From Hydrolagus colliei (Eukaryota), in contig CM068750.1 in assembly GCA_035084275.1 (NCBI GenBank), positions 4,774,001 to 4,838,000 of the forward strand: a DNA stretch of 64,000 bases, written 5' to 3'. The position numbers were made by a program, and so were the translations under genes. Within the stretch, counting starts at the first letter, position 1. Every line of letters starts with the position of its first letter. Of the stretch, positions 12,004-23,605 are shown one piece after another. Under the pieces are notes generated by a model. It was not told the origin of the DNA. It did no database searches and saw only the letters and a program-made list of their open reading frames with translations.

Positions 12004-15000
12004 GTAAGATGACTTTTTTTTTGTCTTCCTCCGTGCGGTTTGAAGTGTAAATGAGGATTGGTCACCAGCGGTGCAAATTGCATTCAAATACAGAATTATT
12101 ATTATTCACTTGACTAAAGCTTTAGACCGGATATAGTGACTGTTAAATAAAATGGTTTCATAGGGAATAATGACTTTTGGACCTGGAAGATCATTGTATT
12201 GGCAAACATACTAGTCATATATAAGTTAAAGATTGTGATCTTGAGGCGATTTGGATCAAAATGACTTCTTTATTGAAAGTACAATATTTTCCAGTCACTT
12301 TCATCAAAAGCAGTGTGATCAGTGCCGTATTCATCTGTATTCAACGTAGTGATGTTTGTTCTGTGATAGTAGATCATTTTCAGGTCAAGTTCACATTCAT
12401 GACGACCTATTTAAAGTGCACTTCTAACATCTTGTTAATAAGTAATGTTTTAACTTTGACTAGATGTTAAGCAAATGGCTAGTGTAGAGTTGAAGGAATA
12501 GACACAGTTTTTATGTAAATCAAATATTTTCAGACAATGCGTGCCCTTTGAGAGTCAGAAAGTAAATGTGTCTAAGTGCTATCTGTCTGGAAGAAATGTT
12601 GGCGATTAGGTGAAAATCACCTTACTATAGTCACCTTTACAGGGAAAGAAGGATTAAAAAAATCTCTAATCTATCATATATAATCTATTATCTAAGATTT
12701 GTTTAAAACTTAATCTTTATGAAAGTAAGTACGTAGTTTCAAATCTTTTTAAAATAAGATGTTAAGGAATCCAAAACCTCATACTTTTCGATGAGATTTA
12801 AACTATGTAAACCTGAACATGAGTAGTATTTCATTAGGCCATCAATGATTGTGATTGTCTGATTATTTTCTGTGTTTTTATATATAGGAATCGGAATGCG
12901 GTTTGTCCAGTTGATAACGAACCTTTATTTGAAGCTAAGGTAAGCAGTACAACAACTTTGATTTATATAGCGCCCTCCACGCTGGACGGTGTCTCAGAGC
13001 GCTTCACAATAGCGGATCCCGGGACCGAGCCAGGGGCAGGGGGAGAAAGCTGACCAAAGATGCGGTCGAAGAGAAAGATCTTTAACTGTGACCACAGAGC
13101 ATACCGTACCACCAAGAACAATTTACACAATGTAACGTGAGGAAATTGGTCCAAAGACTGTAACACAAACTGAGTGTAAGCATTCCTGAGGGGAATGGGC
13201 CCGAATACAAATTCAGAAGGATGGGTCTTTTTAGGTGGAATTCAACCGCAGAGGGAAGGGAGATGAACTGCGGAATAGAAGTAAGGGTTTAAGGCAGATG
13301 TATTCCAGCGGGGAGAGGGCTTGCGAGGCAGAGGGACCTCAGAAAGATGTTGAATTCAATGTTTTCAATGCTCAATGCCGACTCTTAATCTGACACTTTC
13401 TTTTGTTTTTTAAAGGTATTTAAAGACATCTGCTGCAAAAGGGAGATTCTAAGTCTCAAAATCTACTGTAGGAATGAGAAAAATGGTTGCAAAGAGCAGC
13501 TACCTCTAGGAAAACTCGAGGTAATGAATGATCTAATCCAGCAGACTCTATGTCAGTTGACTTTCTGTGTTCATAAGTTCTGTTCACTTCTCAAAGTTTT
13601 TGAAAACGGATAGATTGATGGTAGAATATTTCTTTACAGTTTGACTTTAATTGTTAGTTTTCATGAGGACGATTAAGTAAGAAACATTTCTGATCGGTTC
13701 ATGGGTTTGAGGTTTGTGCTAACAATCTATTGCTTATTGATCAAACGACTCCTTCGTTTTATGTAGAAAATATCCAGATGTGATTGTTTCAAGGCTAATG
13801 TTTGTTTGTTCTTTTCCTAAAGGCCCACCTACTTGAATGTCCTTATCAGGAGGTCCGTTGTGCTCGCAGGGGATGTACGGAGAAGGTGCAGAGGAAAGAT
13901 CTAGCTGACCATTTAAATTCAAGCTGTAAATATCGGGAACAGATGTGTAAATTATGCAGGAAAGAAATCACGATGGCAGAGCTAAAGGTACAGGATGCCA
14001 CACCATGCGTGCACATTCCTTCTCTTACAGACTGTTGGGTCATCCTATCTCAATGGAACTCTTATTGTGCTGAAAGTCTGTTAGGTTTGCAGTTAGAGTT
14101 TGCTGAATATAGTCTCCAATTCACTATGGCTCTGAGTTTTCAGACAAATGTGGCATTGTTTTGGTTACTCAAGCAATAGGATTGACAAGGCCGTACCAGT
14201 TTTGCGGTTGTATCATGAATTAGGGACTTTTAAGCGATTTACGAAGCTGTGAAACAAAAGTGCATGGTGCTCTGAGGCTGACTTCTCTTCCTGTTGAGTT
14301 GCTGACCTTATACAGTGGTGCTGAGCCAGGCTGCGCACTTCCTCATGAGAAGGGAAGAATCGAAGGATCAAGGACTTTGGTTGCTTTCACCCGCCTCCCA
14401 ACTGGGTAGTTACATGAAGGTGTTGTCACCTGGAGGCCTGGGATCTGCAACTGGGAACAGGCCATAGATCAGGGAGACCCGAGACATGGAAAGGAGAATC
14501 TATCACCCAACTATTTACCTTAACCTCCCCAAGTGATATGTATTGAACCTTGTTTTGCTGAGAGGGTATGATTCATCTGTATGGATTTGGTGAGAATTTT
14601 TAGACACAACCAAGTATAAGCAAATGCTATGGGATGTGATGTTTGACAAGACGTCTTGTTCAGTGACTGGATACAGTTGTTGGGAAGAGAGCAGTGGTGG
14701 AGGTGTTAACCAGAACAGTAACATTTAATCACTAACAAATAAATTGTGTGAATCCATAACAGAAAATGGCTATTATCTTTTCGATGACTAGCTTAATATC
14801 TTGAAGAGTGTAAGAACTTTGTCACAAAGTTCAATGGTCAATGCATATTTACTTATAGCTGCTGGGTGTTATTTCTATTTCTTTATAACCTCTTAAACTA
14901 GTAGAACACTAAAACGGTTGATCTTTGGAGAGACACTGTAGCAGGATTTTTTTTAGGTGAATAATGCAGCTCGTTTAAAATCAGGACACTTTTCCCCAGT

Positions 15001-18000
15001 CACCCTGACCAGATAGTCATTCACTAAACTGCTTTGTTTGACTGTGATTATGATATAAAAGTGCGTTGCGCTGGATGTGACTGTAGCAACCACAAATGAG
15101 CGCAAATGTCCACGTGAATGAATAAAACTACAAATTCTCTGAACTTTTTTTCGAATAATCCATTAACGAGAAGCTGAGAAATCAGTGGCTCGTCCTCGGG
15201 ATTCAGCGCTTATCCGTTCGTTCAAACTGAATGTTTGCTTTTTTCAACAGAAACACGAAGAGACAGAATGTCCGTCAGTGCTCGTGAAATGCCCCAACAA
15301 GTGCAACGTTTCTGTTCTGAGGAGTGAGGTAAGAAGTGTGTGTTTTTGGAAGCTATTCCTGGCGTAACTGTTGGCCCGCTCAAATGACAGGTTTGAACCC
15401 GCTGGGAAATGACTGAAAGGCCATTTACATTATTTCGAATTGCCAAGAAATTGCTGAAGAGGGAGCTAAACGAAAGTCTTTTTCAAATAAAAGAACACCT
15501 CAGCTACAGGGATTTGGGGAAAGGGCAAGTAAATGCCGCTGAAAGGATTGCTCTTGAGGGAACTGGCTCAGACACTATGGGGGTAGAATGGCCTTTGTCA
15601 CAAATTTCTTTAATTTTCGGACAGGGTAATTTCTAAACCTTGATTGTTCCCTCTGTACGTCAGTGTATGGCTTACTAATGGGTATTGTTCTTCCAGGGTT
15701 TCTTACCCTTGGAGGATGTATTGCATTGTATGTTCTAGGAATGTAAGCAGAAACTGCTATGACTATGACAAAAGCATGCGTTAAAACATCCTCTTTTGGT
15801 TTTTTTCTCTCGACAGTTAAGCAGTCACTTGTTACTGTGTCCCAATGTGGTTGTTCACTGCAGTTACTCTACATACGGATGTAACTTCCTGGTAAGTGTA
15901 TAGCGTCTTCTTTCCATTTAGTTATTTCTATGAAATCACTACAGAATGCTAAATAGAAAAGAGAGGAAAAAGCATGAAATTGAACCATAGAGTTGATGTA
16001 GGACATCTTTAAGACCGCTCATATTTGTGCATATAAAATATACATACTGTGTATATAATATATACACATATATGATGTGAAATCTAATGCTTAGCTAATA
16101 ACGCATTTTCATGAACTTTATATATTTAATTGTCTGCCCACTGGACTCACTGACTAGGTTTGTCTGAACGTTTTCAGTTACATTGCATTCTTCCCTCCTT
16201 TGTGTTTGCGCAGTCCCACTGAATTTTCTTTCTTTTTTTCCTGTCGCAGGGAACTAACCAGGAGCTTAAAGTACATGAAGCTAACTCTATGGCACAGCAT
16301 TTGAACCTTTCAATGATTAGAAACATTGATAATGAAACCAAGGTAAGTGGAGAAAGAAAAGAATCCATGATTTTTTTGTATATATCTATATATAATATAT
16401 ATATGTGTATATAATATAAATATGCATAAAACCAAATTAGTCAAGAGATTATGAAATAATCCTATATCTTTGATCCCTCAATCTGTTTTTAATTGGGAAA
16501 GCAAACTGAAAGAAACCAAAAGAATTTCCATCTGATATTTGTTTGAAGTTAGTAAATATTGCTTTTGGTAACTAACCGGAGCTGGGCTACGAATTGCTTA
16601 CATCAAACCAAAACAGCAAAGGAACTTTTAAGGTCTTGTTGTAGCGTTTGATTGACTATTTCCAGGCATTGTTCCAACTATGAGCTAATTTCTAACATTT
16701 AGACTTGAAAGAAAAAGCTTGTGAGGCACTTAGCTTTGGTCAACCCTTAAATTTTCCTCCTTATTCTGTGTTCTCTATGGTCTCTATATTACGTCTTGGG
16801 AAGTCCTTTCCCATGTTCTGTTGGTTCATTGGCGTGTCAGTTTGTCCCCTCCTCCCCCTGCATTGTATTTTTGACAAACAATGGCTTGTTCAAAGGGAGG
16901 TCATGATTCAGGTTTATACTGAACTCGCAGTTGTGCTTTAAAATGTTACCTTGTAAACGACGCCAGCTTGCTTGCTGCACATTGTTGCATCTAAAGTGCC
17001 TGGCATTAAACTCAAGTGGCTGCCATTGAAACATTGAAATCTGCATTGTAAACCCATTCGAATCGGTGCTTATTGTTTTAGTTGTTGGCCGTTGCCAAAA
17101 GTACATCTCAAGATGGAAGGATGTGCTAGTTGACTCATCTCTCACTTGCTCAAAACGTGGCAAAGTAACATTACACACGGTACCGTACACTCTATGCCGC
17201 GCTATTTTGCCAGACCGATCGAGTTGAGACACTCAGAAGTAATACTCGGAACGATATAGTGTCTGGTCCGGTCCGTGAAACTGAGTACTTGTTACAGTTC
17301 TGGTCATCATGACCAATGAAAGGTGCAACCAAGGCCCTAGAAGCGGTGCACAGCAGAGCAACAAAACAAAAACAAACAGCTCAGTGTTGTGATGGGAAGA
17401 CAAGTTGGTGGATATTCTGAAAGAACGAGTGAGACTGAAAGGGCTGATTTTTTAAAATTAATCTGCAAAGATTTGGATTGGATTTGCAAATTGGAAATTT
17501 GGATGCCAGTTGAGGGTACAGACATCAATATCAATGTTCCTGCTTCTTGAAATACTCCCTATTTTTCCAAGAGATGAAGTAACTTGTGCTGGCACACTCG
17601 CCACATGAGACTGTATCAGTCACTGTATTCTTTGCCTTATTCCAGGTTTCCCAGCTCCAGAGTGAACTGCAGGACAAGTGTAAAATTATCCAGTCCATGT
17701 CCGTTCAGATAAGCAACTTGGAGAAAGAACTGGTCAAGTTTGGGCAGCTCGCAAATAAAAATGAAGGTCGACTGGGGCACTTACAGGTAAGAACTGAGGA
17801 CTTGTAATGATATGGGTGTTGGGTGGGGGGAGAGGTAAGTGTAAGTGCGGCCAAGAGGGAAGTTTTAAGGCTGGCTTTAGGAGTGGGAAGGGCAGGGGTG
17901 AGGCGACAGTGTGCTGTAAAATAAATGTTTTCTTATGAACCATTAAGAGAGAAAATAAAACTAGAATGGAGTCTGCTCCACAAACTGTCGACTTTGTGAG

Positions 18001-21000
18001 ACAAAGCCCAAGCAGAACACACTTTCCGGAAACGTTTGACACTGGCTTTCACTTGCCTGAAGTATTACGAGAACCGATTGAAAAGTGCTGGGAGTGGGAA
18101 CACAACAAAGCCAGGGAGGGGTCTGTTTATTTCAGTGGTGAATGTCCCATCGGAATTGGAGTTCGGAATCTTGATTGCTGTCGTGACTTAATTGTCAACT
18201 TAAACTACGAGAAACAAAACTAAAAATACAGCAGAAGGAGAAGTGAATGTCTAAGGGGAATCATCAGGGTTTGTCCCTCCCATCTCTCATTGGCCATGTT
18301 TGGTGAAGAAAAATGCGATTTGTCTAGAATTAACCGCAACTGACGCATTTTCTGATAATGTACAGATGATGTTGGAGGTCAGCAAGGCTAGCTTTCTAAC
18401 AGCTTTCAATATCAAATCTGTGCTCCACATAAATGAGCAAAGCTTTGGAATGAGTATTGGCGATTGACTGGAAAGAATGTTACTCAAAAAGTATAATCTT
18501 AGTGTCAAAAATATAATCACCAGTTGGACACGTTTAATGACCACCGAAATTCAGCAGCGGATTGGGAACTCTTGGACATTTTTTCTAGATTTTTGTAAAA
18601 AACAAAAACGATGTATAGTTTCCGCTAAAAGCTTTTGTTTCTTTTATCATTTTCTCTCCTCTTTCCTGACTGGCTGCGATTTGATTCCATCGATACCCCT
18701 GAAGCCCTCTCTTGGTTAATCCAAGGCGTCGCTTACTACGTTTGAGACTGAGGGCTTGCAAGCGATTGCGGTCAAGGGCAGCGTCACACCAAAGCCAAAT
18801 CCCATTCTCCCTCGTCAGGAATGTCCAGCTAGTGCCAGTTGTAGAGAGCGGAATTCCCCTTCCCATTGCATCTGACGAAACACATTCCATACGCACAGCA
18901 ATGCCTAGGGGTGCTAAGTGATGTGTACACAGAGATGTTTTTACTGATGATTTGCATAACTCGGCTTCCACACATTTGCCCATTTGGGAGTAATTGTGTT
19001 CCTATAATTGGGACGCCCTCCTCCAGATGTGAAAGGTGCTGTGTAACAAATGTCATTTGTTGATGTTGTTATTAATGAATATAAATCCCCCCACTGTACT
19101 GCATTAACAAGCACGATTAATAGGGAGTTAGCTATTAGTTAATCAGTCTGTGACCAGACTCTGAAAAGGCTTGATGCGGAGCAATGTTTTGCATGTATTC
19201 AGTGGGATTGCCACTGACACTTTAGATTCTTCCTCACAGAGTAAAATGGGGGGTAAATTTTAACCCCAGTCTCCTTAGGCTACTTTTGAGTGAGACATGT
19301 ATGAGCCCCCTCTTGAGTATCTTGCAAAATTAATTTGGGACCGTTCCTTGAATCCTGTTGTAGTTTATTCACAGAAGTGGGAGTATTGGATTTCTTTTAC
19401 GCCGGGATTTTTTTTTGTGTCAGAACATATGAAGTTAATACACGCAAAACCTGCCGTGGGAGTTGAGTGCCTGTACAAAGTGGGCTTGAATAGCTTTTCA
19501 TTTGCGAGCCGCGCAACAGAACTCAATTAGAGGGCGATTTTCGGCAGGTTGAAGACCTCCAAATCTAGGGCCCTTCACTCCAATAACAGCATTTATCCTG
19601 CACTTGGCTTCACCTCTGGAAGTAGACAACTGGCGGTTCTGATGATAACCCGGCACGTTCCACCTCCGCTAAATTTACATTGTGAACGATCTCCGTGTGG
19701 TTCTAGTATGGGATGAACTCGCGGAGACAGGGCAACTTGCGTGATGAAGCCACTAATTGAAAATTATTTTCCCATCTCATGAAAGATCTTCCATTCAGCC
19801 CTCCCTCTCTTAGCTAGCCCCCTCGACACCCCCCCCAAAATAAACAGAAATATGAATTGCCCGAAATCCTTTATGTTACGTCAAATATAAACAGTCGTTC
19901 CTTTTCCTTTGTGTAGAAAATGATGGCCAGCCAGACGGACCAACTGTTCACAATTAATCAAACTTCACAACAGACTCAACAGAAACACGAGGAGATGAGC
20001 CGGGAGGCGAAGGTTGTCAAAGAATCTGTGGACGGGCTCCAAACGCGAGTCAGGCAGCTGGAAGTCACCAGCAGAGCTGGGAGCACGGCTGCTGGACAAG
20101 GTAGTCAGAGTGAGTAAGGCAGGCTGACTGCTACAGTGTGCAGTCTATTGTCCACTGTGGGAATCTAGAACAGGACAAAAAACTCTCTCCCTCAAAAGGC
20201 TGTGGGTGCTGGATCCATTCAAAGTTTCAAGACTGAGGACGCATTTCTGTTGGGTCAGGTTATCAAGGGATATTGGGCAAAGGCGGGTAATTGGAGTTGA
20301 GGTGTACGGATTAGCCACGATCTAATAGAATGGTGTAACAGGCTGGAAGGGCTGAATGGCCTACTCCTGTTCCTATGATACCAAATCACTACGATTAATT
20401 TCACAAAAATAATAAGTTGGTCAGTTCAATCCACGACTGTTTGTGGGACGCTTCTGTGCACAATTGGCTGCCGCGTTTTGCCCACAAATATACAGTCAAT
20501 TCTCTTTACAGTGTACTCTGTGAAGCGCTTTAAGACGTCTATAAAATGTGAAAAGCGCTGTATCAAATGCAAGGATTATTATTATTTTTATTAATTATTT
20601 CATAAGCCCATTTTTCAAGCTCAACTAACTAAGACATGATTCTGTCTGAATACATCTGAAACAATGCTTTACTTTCATGGGTTCCTTCAAAAATGGTCTT
20701 TTAGTGATATAATAGTCTTACCAGAGTTGATAGTTTCACCAAGAATTGCAGAATCCCTTTTCAGATTTTACTAAGGGAGGATTGCTTCTCAAAATCCAAT
20801 ACATTTTAGAAAAAAGATATACATTTGGTTATCACTCTTCTATGAGTTGGTTGGCCAGAATAAAGCAAAAAAAAAATCACGAATAGTTTAGTTTGAGTGA
20901 TTTTTTCTTAAAAACAAACAAACTGATCTACATTTTCTATTCCCAGCTGGATTGGATAATCAAGTTAGGAGACACGACAGCTTGCTCAGTGTTCATGACG

Positions 21001-21518
21001 TCCGGCTCGCAGACATAGACCTTCGCTTCCAAGTCTTGGAGACCGCCAGCTACAATGGACGGCTCATCTGGAAAATCCGGGAGTACACCCGGCGGAAACA
21101 AGAGGCCGTCAGTGGGAAAACTTTATCCTTGTACAGCCAGCCCTTCTACACGGGATATTTTGGCTACAAGATGTGCGCCCGGGTTTATCTCAACGGGGAC
21201 GGTATGGGCAAGGGAACTCACTTGTCACTGTTTTTTGTAGTTATGCGGGGGGAGTATGACGCCCTGCTACCCTGGCCCTTTAAACAGAAAGTAACATTGA
21301 TGCTGTTAGATCAAGGAACAGGAGGATGCCATTTGGGCGACGCTTTCAAGCCAGATCCCAACAGCAGTAGCTTCAAGCGCCCGCAAGGAGAGATGAACAT
21401 TGCTTCTGGCTGCCCTCTCTTTGTTACTCAGACTGTCTTGGAAAGCAAGACGTACATTAAGGACGACACGATCTTTATCAAAGTAGGAGTTGATACTTCG
21501 GATTTGCCGGACCCTTGA
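11771..21518 (+). CDS. TRAF3: TNF receptor-associated factor 3, complete spliced CDS (10 exons, 568 aa)
   Basis: Exons 11771-12003, 12888-12939, 13416-13520, 13823-13987, 15251-15328, 15817-15891, 16250-16342, 17646-17786, 19917-20109, 20947-21518. All introns are GT-AG and phase-compatible; total 1707 nt. Domains: RING, TRAF zinc fingers, coiled coil, and a TRAF-C/MATH domain ending in TRAF3-type DTSDLPDP. Syntenic with AMN and CDC42BPB. Confidence 0.97.
12888..12939 (+). CDS. TRAF3: TRAF3 coding exon 2 (RING C-half)
   Basis: tatag|g NRNAVCPVDNEPLFEAK |gtaag; 52 nt. Confidence 0.92.
13416..13520 (+). CDS. TRAF3: TRAF3 coding exon 3
   Basis: VFKDICCKREILSLKIYCRNEKNGCKEQLPLGKLE; AG/GT flanks. 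Confidence 0.95.
13823..13987 (+). CDS. TRAF3: TRAF3 coding exon 4 (zinc fingers)
   Basis: AHLLECPYQEVRCARRGCTEKVQRKDLADHLNSSCKYREQMCKLC..; AG/GT flanks. Confidence 0.95.
15251..15328 (+). CDS. TRAF3: TRAF3 coding exon 5
   Basis: KHEETECPSVLVKCPNKCNVSVLRSE; caacag| and |gtaag. Confidence 0.94.
15817..15891 (+). CDS. TRAF3: TRAF3 coding exon 6
   Basis: LSSHLLLCPNVVVHCSYSTYGCNFL; gacag| and |gtaag. Confidence 0.93.
16250..16342 (+). CDS. TRAF3: TRAF3 coding exon 7
   Basis: GTNQELKVHEANSMAQHLNLSMIRNIDNETK; cgcag| and |gtaag. Confidence 0.93.
17646..17786 (+). CDS. TRAF3: TRAF3 coding exon 8 (coiled coil)
   Basis: VSQLQSELQDKCKIIQSMSVQISNLEKEL..GHLQ; tccag| and |gtaag. Confidence 0.93.
19917..20109 (+). 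CDS. TRAF3: TRAF3 coding exon 9 (coiled coil)
   Basis: KMMASQTDQLF..VDGLQTRVRQLE..GSQ; donor |gtgagt at 20110; an alternative in-phase donor lies at 20101. Confidence 0.88.
20157..20378 (+). mobile_element. CR1-type LINE 3' end
   Basis: ORF2 C-terminal remnant NSLPQKAVGAGSIQSFKTE.. and 3' tail GGGCTGAATGGCCTACTCCTGTTCCTATG. Confidence 0.82.
20400..20586 (+). mobile_element. 5'-truncated family A SINE
   Basis: Body plus tail TATCAAATGCAAGGATTATTATTATT. Confidence 0.87.
20947..21518 (+). CDS. TRAF3: TRAF3 last coding exon (TRAF-N/TRAF-C domain)
   Basis: RHDSLLSVHDVRLADIDLRFQVLETASYNGRLIWKI..SLYSQPFYTGYFGYKMCARVYLNGDGMGKGTHLSLFF..DTSDLPDP*. Confidence 0.98.
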
Positions 21519-22290
21519 GCTGCCTCGCGTCAACCCGAGAGTGAGCAAAGGTTCGAAGTGCGTGATCCGCACTAGTGCAGTGCGATACTGAGTCGTCTGA
21601 TCGTCTGAACAGCAGGGCGTCCCTCCCAGCTCACTGCTGATCGCTTGTATAGTTCATGTGAGCATCCGAAGGGTTTTTGCCTCTTTTAACATTTTGTAAG
21701 AGGTGGCATGGAATGGCGCAGATAATTTCATTGCACCAATACGTTGGTGAAAATGATTCATTCAAAAGGGATTCTGTGGGATCATCGGTGTGAGATACTT
21801 TCCGACGTATCGTTCAAATATTTATTGGCCAGAACTGGAATGTGTGGGGATTCACTGTCGAGTCAAATCCACATGGGAGCATCATACAGGAACAATGATC
21901 AACGGCACACTTGTTTGTACTCAATGAGCTACCACAACATAGTCAAATCTGTTTTACCCTTCCATTATTTTTGTGTACTTTCAAGGGCGCAGGTGAAGGG
22001 AATCCCGAGAGCTGTAGATCTAAAATCTTGACTCCCCTGGTGACTTGGTGGATTGCCTTGCAGCCGAGGGAGACGTTGGGTACAATTGGTAAATGGTAGT
22101 ACAGTTTCCATCAGTGTCCCTAACCTGTGGTGGAGGTAAAAAAAAATAGCCAGACAGACCTGCTCACAATTTAATGTGTATGTGGACGCAGTGATTTCAA
22201 GATGGCTTGGGACTGCATTTCTTCTACATAGCACCATCCAAAGAAACATCAGGACTACTTTTGTTCAAACTGACATTTGTGGCAAATAAC

Positions 22291-22352
22291 TACAACAACA
22301 AAATTAGACTTGAATAGCGCCTTTCACGTCAGGAGGACGTCCCAAGGCGCTG
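22291..22352 (-). mobile_element. L2-type 3' tail insertion in the TRAF3 3'UTR
   Basis: (CAA)n..AGCGCCTTTCACGTCAGGAGGACGTCCCAAGGCGCTG; near-identical copies at about 37200, 39722 and 63372. Confidence 0.78.
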
Positions 22353-23599
22353 GCGTGTTGTTCTCACAGACTGTTCATTGAGAATCAGCAGCAGATATGT
22401 AACGGTTTGAGTCTTGTACCGCAGAATAAGTAGCGTCGATCTGGCGGGTGGTGGGGTGGGGACGGGTTGACGCGGCAGGGTTATAGCGCAGGATAAAGGG
22501 GAAGGTGACGGAATGTGTTTATAGCTCTGGGTTACAGTTCTCTGGAGATTCCCTCCCAGCAGCTCTGCCATTTCCTGTATTGACCCAGTGAAAAGGTCCA
22601 CGAGAGTGAGAGTTGACGAGCCTTTTGTGATGGTTTCTCAATGGCAGGCAGCTGGTGTGCCATCACTCTGGGCGCAAAAGACTCTTTCAAACATTTCAAA
22701 CCCGTTTGGTCTAAAGATGGATTAAAATTAAATTATTTTGTTCATTTGTTTCCGTGTACCTTTCATTGCAATGTTTACAACTAATGTAACCTCAACCTTC
22801 TGTTTTCACTCGAGTGAAAAAGAAGCATTTTATTTAATGGAGGCTGTGTCAGTGTGTGTGTGTATGTGTGTGTGTGTGTTTCCTTGCCTTGTGTCTCTGG
22901 TGAGCATCAGTGATAATATAGTTTCATACCTGATTTTTTTTTCCTTTCCCCATCTGGTGACTGTTTGCCTTCACACACAGGAAAGGCTGGAAATAATTAG
23001 CAGGTGGGATCAGCATTTGAAAGATGGGAGCCATATTGCAGTGGTCGACCTTCAAGTGGAGGATCTGACCCCGATCTAATGAATGTGAGCACGCCCCACT
23101 ACACACACACACGTGCTCACACTATAAAGCCCAAATGTGTTTCATCCTTCTAGTGTTGATCAAATTCCCATCCATTCTTACAGCATTTTAGGATTTTAGT
23201 TCAGGTTTTCATTCAGTCTCAGTTGTTGAAGACAAACCGCTTTCAGGAGCTTACGGATCTATAGTCTCTGAGAGTTCTTTCCAACAACATTCATATCTCA
23301 AAACTCATTTTTACCCCTATTTTGGTCTTGGGAAATGGTACATTTGGGAATTTTTTTATAAAAAGGAGAAATCCCCTGCCCATTTTGACAAGAAAATGAA
23401 TTGCACAGTTTTACTCTCGAGTGAAAAATAATAGCAGTGATTTTAAAACACTGCGTTACAAGGTGCAGTGTTCCGGCATTCAACCATTACTGTTTTGAGC
23501 GTAGAGGTGTTTTGAGCGTATAGGTGGAGTGTGGTGGGAGGTCGGGGAGAGAACTGACATTTGCAAATTTTTTAAAAATGTATCTTGAATTATTTTTGC

Positions 23600-23605
23600 A
23601 ATAAA
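23600..23605 (+). terminator. Probable TRAF3 polyadenylation signal (3'UTR about 2.1 kb)
   Basis: AATAAA downstream of the stop, after a U-rich stretch and followed by GT-rich sequence. Confidence 0.5.

Noticed and set aside
11771-21518. Assignment as TRAF5 because of the CPVD RING end
   Set aside because: The TRAF-C domain sequence and the AMN/CDC42BPB synteny are TRAF3-specific.
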